Shown piece by piece: positions 7,984 to 14,429 of a DNA stretch of 48,324 nucleotides (within the stretch, counting starts at the first letter, position 1; each line of letters starts with the position of its first letter). The stretch covers positions 1-48,324 of the forward strand of contig JAKQHX010000034.1 of NCBI GenBank assembly GCA_029557815.1, in the 5' to 3' direction. This DNA comes from a bacterium (GTDB lineage Bacteria; Patescibacteriota; Saccharimonadia; Saccharimonadales; JAGQNK01). Both the position numbers and the translations under genes were made by a program. The notes below the pieces were generated by a model. The model made no database searches. It saw only the letters and a list, made by a program, of their open reading frames with translations, and was not told where the DNA came from.

Positions 7984-8230
7984 TTGTTCTCCGTGCTTTA
8001 ACACTTCCATTGTAGTATTTTACCGGTTCAGGCTCTGTAAATTATCTTACTTAAGAAATCTAGTTCTCAAAACAGCAAACATATTCCGGTCTATAGATTC
8101 ACATAGTCGCAAACCTTTGCCGTTGACCGGCAAAATATCTGTGCCAAATTGAGAACCTGCCACATACCCCAGGTCTGCTGCACTGCTATGTACTAATGCC
8201 GGACGCGATCTACCCTAGACTTTGCCAGCC

Positions 8231-8527
8231 CTAAAAATCAAAGAGGTCGCCCAGGAAGCTTTCTTTCTTGTGCTTTTTGTAACGATAGTCACTTGAGTCA
8301 TGAGGGTGTTCATCACGCTTCCCTCTGTCGTCATAAGGTCGTGGCTGAGGCTGTTCGGAATAGTTGCTCTCGGGGGAAGGTGCTCTGCTGGTGCTTGCAG
8401 TACGCTCAATAATTTTATCGAGTTCGCCACGGTCAAGCCACACTCCACGGCACTGCGGACAGTAGTCTATCTCGATACCCTGCCTGTCTGTCATCATCAG
8501 GTCTGTGTTATCGATTGGACACTTCAT
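8231..8527 (-). CDS. zf-TFIIB domain protein
   Basis: MKCP...GIEIDYCPQCRGVWLDRGELDKII and C-terminal KKESFLGDLFDF; RBS AGGAGG. Confidence 0.88.
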   Translation of the reverse strand: MKCPIDNTDLMMTDRQGIEIDYCPQCRGVWLDRGELDKIIERTASTSRAPSPESNYSEQPQPRPYDDRGKRDEHPHDSSDYRYKKHKKESFLGDLFDF

Positions 8528-8625
8528 GTATTCCTCCTTGCCAATCGGCTTACCCTACTAGTATAGACTACGCATGCACGCCTAAAAACAAAAGAGTGAT
8601 CCGAAGACCACTCAGTTTTACAGCC

Positions 8626-8702
8626 TGGTACACCCGGCAGGATTCGAACCTACGACCTCCTGTACCGCAAACAGACGCTCTATCCAGCTGAGCTACGGGT
8701 GC
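8626..8702 (-). tRNA. tRNA-Arg(GCG)
   Basis: 77 nt; GCACCCG acceptor, TAGCTCAGCTGGATAGAGC D arm, TCTGT-TT-GCG-GT-ACAGG anticodon arm, CCA. Confidence 0.93.
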
Positions 8703-8716
8703 ACGTCGAGGTGTGA

Positions 8717-8777
8717 TAGTTTAATGACTTGATCGCTGGCAAAACAAGTTTGCCCAGCACTTTTAGTCATTAAACTA
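8717..8777 (-). repeat. tRNA-leader stem-loop, family A, copy 2
   Basis: 61-nt hairpin with perfect outer stem TAGTTTAATGACT/AGTCATTAAACTA; shared apex at the same +18 offset as in copy 1. Confidence 0.75.
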
Positions 8778-8957
8778 AGCCCTCTCCTTCTCAATCATCC
8801 AAACGTCAGACAAGCTGCCTGGTTTGGCTGATTGGCTTTGACTGCAAATAAGCCAAAACAGAGGGGAGTTTAGCATATTTAACAGAGAAAAGCTAGAGAC
8901 TCAATAAGACAGGCTTCCTATTGCAGGATTTACAACGACCAGGCTATACTGAGGTTT

Positions 8958-10451
8958 ATGGAAAATAACCTACCCCCAACGGAAAACCAACAAAACCAAA
9001 ATGGAGAGCAAAAAGTTTATCCTGCGCAAGCTACCCCGTCAGCGCAGACCGAGCCGAAGCAGACGCATATAGTCAGGCTTTTTTCGCTCGTAGCTGTCTT
9101 TGTGCTGGTACTGGGTACGGCCGGCTGGTATTTCTTTGTGAGGAAGGGCTCAAATGAGAATACGTTCATCCCTGTTGCGAATGAAGCGCAACAAGATTAT
9201 TTGGCCAACTCGCACAAGGTGTACTGTGTGGAACTGGGTTTTGACTATATACAGTGCGAGCACCTGGAAACCGGTGAAGTCGCTAAGTATAAAGTCCCCG
9301 ATGACTTCCTCCCCAATACTAGAAAACTCACCAGTCCGAATGGTGAAAAAATACTAGTAAGCTACTGGAATGACCAAAACGTCGAAGAAGTCGCTGTGCT
9401 GGATAAATCTTTCAAAAAGCTAAAAACGCTGGATAAAGGCAGAGGTGCGGGATATTCTGTCAGCGACTTTAACTGGTTGAGTGATGAGCTCATTGTGGTC
9501 AGCGAGTCCAGGGATGATGACCCAACTTCGACACAAGTGATTTCTACGATACACATAAACACCGGTGAGAAAAAGCAGATAACAAAGCGCACCGACAACT
9601 ACTTCCACGACATAGTCGGTGGCGATGCGGCGAATATCTATGTCCAATCGCAGGTTAGCGTCGAAGAAAACGGAGAAAGCTACGCGAAGGATCTGCTGGT
9701 CCGTATTTCTGTGGCTGACGGCAAGGAAACGATTATTGAGATAGATGAAGAGACGCGTGGTAAATTGAACCAAAATGCTATGTACGACGGTATTTATTAT
9801 TCATCTGCCACCGGAGTGTTTGTCATACCAAATGACGGTTCGGGCCAAAATAATTCATTGGCAATCGTGAAGGTTGATGATTCTGGAGAAAAACCAGAGC
9901 TAAAAGTTATCCAAGAAGTCACCGGCCGTCCAATGGTTTCGTACGCCGGTGATTACGTACTCACCATCAAGGGCTTAGCGTCAGTTACACAGGATAAAGA
10001 CCAGTTCGGTATGTATCCTCACTTTGTACAGACTTCCAGCGGAACAAAAACTACTTTGAAACTGGCGTATCAAGATAGTACTGGTTTCTCGATGGCTGAG
10101 TTCCCTGCACTCAAGAAGGAATCTAACAATCAGCCCGTGGTAGATGACTTTGTGAAGTTCCCACAAGGAACGCCTGACAAAATCCAATTATTCGCCAAAG
10201 ACGCGGTCAAGAGTGGATGTCGAGAGAATGAATACAAGACTATAGAGGTAGATAGTTTTGACGGTGAGAGCCAGTTCATGGCCCTTGAGGGTGGATGTGG
10301 TAGAGGTGCTGCATATTATTACATCCTGAAGAATGGAAAATACGAAGAGGTAGCTTCAACCCAGGAAGGCATGGGCTGTGAAGAACGGGATAAGCTAGGG
10401 ATAAGTGCCAAGGTTTTGTCGGAATGTCGCATGCCAGGCGAAGGGCTGTAG
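8958..10451 (+). CDS. Hypothetical membrane-anchored extracytoplasmic protein, possibly beta-propeller
   Basis: Single N-terminal TM; SPNGEKILV and FNWLSDELIVV TolB-like blades; Cys-containing C-terminal domain. Confidence 0.65.
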   Translation: MENNLPPTENQQNQNGEQKVYPAQATPSAQTEPKQTHIVRLFSLVAVFVLVLGTAGWYFFVRKGSNENTFIPVANEAQQDYLANSHKVYCVELGFDYIQCEHLETGEVAKYKVPDDFLPNTRKLTSPNGEKILVSYWNDQNVEEVAVLDKSFKKLKTLDKGRGAGYSVSDFNWLSDELIVVSESRDDDPTSTQVISTIHINTGEKKQITKRTDNYFHDIVGGDAANIYVQSQVSVEENGESYAKDLLVRISVADGKETIIEIDEETRGKLNQNAMYDGIYYSSATGVFVIPNDGSGQNNSLAIVKVDDSGEKPELKVIQEVTGRPMVSYAGDYVLTIKGLASVTQDKDQFGMYPHFVQTSSGTKTTLKLAYQDSTGFSMAEFPALKKESNNQPVVDDFVKFPQGTPDKIQLFAKDAVKSGCRENEYKTIEVDSFDGESQFMALEGGCGRGAAYYYILKNGKYEEVASTQEGMGCEERDKLGISAKVLSECRMPGEGL

Positions 10452-11375
10452 TTAGCGGCGTTTTTTGAGGAAGTAGTAACTGACGCCTACGGCACTGAAC
10501 AGGCTTATCGCTGCAATCACCCAAAACATATAGTGAGCAGACTCGTCGCCTGGCAGGTCGACGTTCATACCATAGAGGCCGGCGATCATCGTCGGAATGG
10601 TCAACGACAAGGTAATGACGGTCAGCAGACGGATGGTTTCGTTCAGCCGGGTATCCATCAGCGCGCGGTACGCGTCGCGAACATTGGTGATGGTCCGGAG
10701 CATACTCTTGCAGCGGATGATCAGCTGCTCGGCATCGATAGATAAGTCTTCCACCAAGTCGCGGTCGTCTTCGTACAATCGTAGCAAGCGCCCGCTTAGA
10801 AACTTCTCTAGAGCTACATTGGTAGGAATAAGTGCATCCAAGTAATCGTTGAGCTTTCGCTCGTACTCCACGAAAATCGTGATATCTTTTGGTCGCAGAT
10901 TGGTGATGTCACTTGTGGCGGCGCGCATCTGTCGGTTAATTGCATCCATACGGTGCTGATATTGGCCGACGATTGCCTCCATCATGGTGAGGAATAGCTT
11001 TGTCTGCTGGGTGGTTGGCGCGGTACTCTTGGTGATAAACGGTTGCCATAGTCTACCTAGCGAGCCACGACTGACAGTAAATAGCTGTGCTCTGCTAAGT
11101 ACGAACATCATTGGCGTGGTAAAGTCGTTAAAGTCATCGTCGATATCTGGGAGACGTGTGATAAAGTACAAGTTTTCGTCCTCTACTTCTACGCGGGGGA
11201 CTTCATGCGGGTCGAGTGCGTCACGAACAATCTCGGCATCTAAGCCGAATTTGCTGGTGAGTGTGTTCAACTCGTCTTCGTCCGGTTTCTCGACGCGGAT
11301 CCACATGCCAGGCTGCAATTTGCTTTGCTGCTTCATGGCCGGATTGTACCGCGTACTTCGCAGGTACTCGATCAT
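10452..11375 (-). CDS. corA: CorA family Mg2+ transporter
   Basis: DALDPHEVPRVE; LNETIRLLT...GLYGMNV signature; two C-terminal TM helices. Confidence 0.92.
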   Translation of the reverse strand: MIEYLRSTRYNPAMKQQSKLQPGMWIRVEKPDEDELNTLTSKFGLDAEIVRDALDPHEVPRVEVEDENLYFITRLPDIDDDFNDFTTPMMFVLSRAQLFTVSRGSLGRLWQPFITKSTAPTTQQTKLFLTMMEAIVGQYQHRMDAINRQMRAATSDITNLRPKDITIFVEYERKLNDYLDALIPTNVALEKFLSGRLLRLYEDDRDLVEDLSIDAEQLIIRCKSMLRTITNVRDAYRALMDTRLNETIRLLTVITLSLTIPTMIAGLYGMNVDLPGDESAHYMFWVIAAISLFSAVGVSYYFLKKRR

Positions 11376-11425
11376 TACACCTTATTGTACCACCTCCTTA
11401 TCTGTTAAACTAATTATGTAACCAC

Positions 11426-11457
11426 CCCACAACCGCGAGAGGATTCGCGGTTGTGGG
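11426..11457 (+). repeat. Family B hairpin (GAGGAT loop) 4 nt upstream of tRNA-Ser(CGA)
   Basis: CCCACAACCGCGA-GAGGAT-TCGCGGTTGTGGG perfect 13-bp stem. Confidence 0.75.
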
Positions 11458-11461
11458 ACGA

Positions 11462-11549
11462 GGAGAGGTGCAGGAGTGGTTGAACTGGACGCTCTCGAAA
11501 AGCGTTAAGGCGCAAGCCTTCGAGGGTTCGAATCCCTCTCTCTCCGCCA
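11462..11549 (+). tRNA. tRNA-Ser(CGA)
   Basis: ACGCT-CT-CGA-AA-AGCGT anticodon arm, long variable arm, T-loop, CCA. Confidence 0.95.
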
Positions 11550-11550
11550 G

Positions 11551-11592
11551 GAGAAGAGCAGTCATACCGTAGGTATGGCTGTTTTTCTCTTT
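11551..11592 (+). terminator. Intrinsic terminator after tRNA-Ser(CGA)
   Basis: GAGCAGTCATACC-GTA-GGTATGGCTGTTT stem followed by a T-rich tract. Confidence 0.7.
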
Positions 11593-11711
11593 GTGAGAAA
11601 AAGGGTTCGAACCGGTTCGTGCGATTTGCGGAAGCGCCGAAGCTTGCTTCGAGAACCGCCAAAATCGCTATAGTCGGGCGCGTACGCCCCGACGCTATCC
11701 CTCTCTCCGCC
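11593..11711. repeat. Palindromic element bounded by degenerate tRNA-Ser 3'-end copies
   Basis: Starts GTGAGAAAAAGGGTTCGAACC (resembles the reverse complement of the tRNA 3' end) and ends ATCCCTCTCTCCGCC (11697-11711, direct copy lacking 2 nt). Confidence 0.55.
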
Positions 11712-11805
11712 GGATACATACGAGCTGGCAACGATAGGTCGTATGTATCTACTAAAAGTCACATTCGAGAATCCCCCAAACCCTAGAGGCAACCTGTCCC
11801 TGGTT

Positions 11806-12912
11806 TTATAGTTGGCTCTCGGTTGTGGTCGGTGAGGTGGGCGGCGTATCGGATGAGTTTGAGGTTTGTGGCAAAGTCGGCTGAGGACGGTTGCGTACGA
11901 ATCGTGGCAGTACCAGCCCAGTAATGCCGAGTAGCACGTAAACTATCGCAAAAATCTTGAGCGGGCTACTTACCTGGTCGTTCAGGGCACGGGCTACGGT
12001 AAGCACGGTGTCCCCTACCTCATTGGATGCTCCTGCTATGTTCGCACCAATTTGGCGGAATACAAATGCCACGATAACTATGAAGGCAAACAACATGACT
12101 CCCATAATCAGGAACATGATGGACACGGATTTTACTCCCCGCAAACGAGGGCTGCTGAAGCAAACGACAATGACAGCGCTGATTATTGCCACCACGCCAA
12201 AAATCCAAGGCAGTCTTTGTCCAAGCTGGAAGATCCTAGGTATACGTTTGGCTTGGGCGAATACATTTTGCCCTGCTTCATTAGTAACATCTTCTGCTGT
12301 AATGATTTTGTCGGCCGGTGAGTCGTTGTTCACGGACAGGTTGTCTTCAAATTGCCTGCGGAGTGCTGTCAAGTTTATGTCAGGAGGCCGGCAAGGGACC
12401 GTAAAGGGGTCGATATTGTGTATGTCGAGTTGCTGCAGTTGGGCTTGGGTGCAAATGGGCAACTTCCCTACCCGGCCAGTTGCTGCAGTACCAAGGTTGG
12501 CGGCAACTTGTTGCTGAATTTCGTTCGTATCCAGCCGGAAGGTCGGTGTTGGCATACTTCCGTCCAGCCAAGCATAGGAGCCGTCGATGACCTTTTCGGT
12601 GTTTCGCTGGATGATCGAAGGAGTTATGATGCTTTTAGCAGCCTTATTAAATGCGGCGGTATTTGCTTTTACCGGTTCGCCGGATCCACCTGTTGCTCTG
12701 TCACCGATGTATGATGTGTAGGTTTCGTTTGCAAGGTTGGCGGCGATACTGTCGGCGATGATAGTGTATGTTCCACTCTTTGCCAGAGCTACTTTCAGAC
12801 TGTCGGGCGTACCGAACACAGCATTGAACGAGAAAGCGACCGCCAAACCGAAGATACTTAGGCCGAATAGTGAAGCAGCTATCTTTAGTCCAAAGTTTTT
12901 TGCAAATGACAT
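11806..12912 (-). CDS. Hypothetical multi-pass membrane protein
   Basis: N-terminal TM, extracytoplasmic domain with a Cys pair, three C-terminal TM helices, P/T/S-rich tail. Confidence 0.72.
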   Translation of the reverse strand: MSFAKNFGLKIAASLFGLSIFGLAVAFSFNAVFGTPDSLKVALAKSGTYTIIADSIAANLANETYTSYIGDRATGGSGEPVKANTAAFNKAAKSIITPSIIQRNTEKVIDGSYAWLDGSMPTPTFRLDTNEIQQQVAANLGTAATGRVGKLPICTQAQLQQLDIHNIDPFTVPCRPPDINLTALRRQFEDNLSVNNDSPADKIITAEDVTNEAGQNVFAQAKRIPRIFQLGQRLPWIFGVVAIISAVIVVCFSSPRLRGVKSVSIMFLIMGVMLFAFIVIVAFVFRQIGANIAGASNEVGDTVLTVARALNDQVSSPLKIFAIVYVLLGITGLVLPRFVRNRPQPTLPQTSNSSDTPPTSPTTTESQL

Positions 12913-12940
12913 GTAGTACGTATATTACAATAAAACCAGT

Positions 12941-13333
12941 ATGGAAGATTCGATATTTACGAAAATTATCAAAGGCGAGATTCCTTGCCATAAAGTATAC
13001 GAGGACGATAAGACACTTGCGTTTTTGGATATCCATCCGGTGCAGCCTGGTCATGTGTTGGTGATACCAAAGAAGCAGGTGGAGTTTGTTTGGGATGTAG
13101 AGGATGCAGATTATAGTGCGCTGATGTCGACCGTGCGAAAAATAGCCAAGCATATGCGAACGGTTTTGGGCGCCACGTATATCGGTGAACAGGTCATAGG
13201 GGTTGATGTGCCGCATGCTCACGTCCACCTCATCCCTTTTCGGACGGTTGAACAGTTCCGAAGGGTTCCTGACATGTCAGCCGAGCCAGACCATGCAGCA
13301 CTCGCAGCTATGGCGGCCAAGCTCGTCCTCTGA
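12941..13333 (+). CDS. HIT (histidine triad) family protein
   Basis: SIFTKIIKGEIP...AFLDIHP...GHVLVIPK...VPHAHVHLIP. Confidence 0.93.
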   Translation: MEDSIFTKIIKGEIPCHKVYEDDKTLAFLDIHPVQPGHVLVIPKKQVEFVWDVEDADYSALMSTVRKIAKHMRTVLGATYIGEQVIGVDVPHAHVHLIPFRTVEQFRRVPDMSAEPDHAALAAMAAKLVL

Positions 13334-13350
13334 TGTGCTAGAATAGCTAT

Positions 13351-13530
13351 ATGTTTTCAAATATGATGATTGGCTTCTTGGCCGGTATTGGCTTTGCGGC
13401 CTGGGTGTTCTCAAAGATGCAGCGCCAAACTGGTGGCAATACGTCTAATTCTCTAGTTGTAGCTGGTGGCGCCGGCTTGGTGATATTTTTGCTGATCGTA
13501 ACAGTCATGGCTCTTGTCGCTCCAAACTAG
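13351..13530 (+). CDS. Small two-TM membrane protein (59 aa, not in ORF track)
   Basis: MFSNMMIGFLAGIGFAAWVFSKMQRQTGGNTSNSLVVAGGAGLVIFLLIVTVMALVAPN*; TGcTAGAAT 6 nt before ATG; fills the intergenic gap. Confidence 0.7.
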   Translation: MFSNMMIGFLAGIGFAAWVFSKMQRQTGGNTSNSLVVAGGAGLVIFLLIVTVMALVAPN

Positions 13531-13586
13531 CACTAAATGGCTAGTTTCTGTTTGGATTATATGCCTGTAATTGGTACTATGGTGCT

Positions 13587-14429
13587 ATGGATGAGGTGGG
13601 ACTCGGAAAGTCCTTACAAGACGCGCGCAAGAAGGCGGGGTTAACTCAGCAGGAGCTGTGCCAAAAGGCCAGCCTGAGCTATTCAACGCTGGCCAAAATC
13701 GAGCGTGGGGCCATCAAGTCACCATCAATCTTCACTATCCAGAGCATCGCCGGTGCCTTAGGGACCAGTCTGAGCGAGCTCATGGGTGACAGTATACCGT
13801 CAACAGATACCAAAAAGCGCACTAGGAGCGGCGTCCGCTTCGTATATTTTGATATTAACGGCGTCCTGGTTCGGTTTTTCCATAGGGCGTTTGGGCAACT
13901 TGCCAAAGACAGCGACGTTCCGGCGGACAAGATTGAGACAGCGTTCTGGCACTACAACGACGCAGTATGCCGTGGTGAGCTCAAGATGGAAGCATTCAAC
14001 CGTGTGTTTGCCGAGCGGCTTGGAATGAAGGCCCTGGACTGGCAATCGTACTACATGGAAGCGATTGATCCGATCGAAGAGATGCGCGAGCTCGTGGTAT
14101 GGACGGCCGAACGGTACCATGTCGGACTGCTTAGCAACATCATGCCAGGATTTATCGATGAGATGTTTGAGCACAAGATCTTGCCTGACGTCGCCTACGA
14201 TGCAATTATCGATTCGTCCAAGGTCGGTGCTATTAAGCCCGAGCCACGGATTTATGAAATAGCGCAAGACTGGGCCGAGTGCGAACCAGCTGAAATACTT
14301 CTCATAGACGACTCACGCGCCAACCTCATGGCTGCTGAACGTATGGGCTGGAAGGTGTTGTGGTTCGACGATTATCGGCCAGAGGAAAGTGTCCAGCACG
14401 TACGCATGGCTCTTGAGCCAGACGTCTAG
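13587..14429 (+). CDS. XRE-family HTH fused to a HAD-like phosphatase
   Basis: ARKKAGLTQQELC...TLAKIERG HTH; HAD motifs FDING, LLSN, KPEPRIY, IDDSRAN. Confidence 0.88.
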   Translation: MDEVGLGKSLQDARKKAGLTQQELCQKASLSYSTLAKIERGAIKSPSIFTIQSIAGALGTSLSELMGDSIPSTDTKKRTRSGVRFVYFDINGVLVRFFHRAFGQLAKDSDVPADKIETAFWHYNDAVCRGELKMEAFNRVFAERLGMKALDWQSYYMEAIDPIEEMRELVVWTAERYHVGLLSNIMPGFIDEMFEHKILPDVAYDAIIDSSKVGAIKPEPRIYEIAQDWAECEPAEILLIDDSRANLMAAERMGWKVLWFDDYRPEESVQHVRMALEPDV

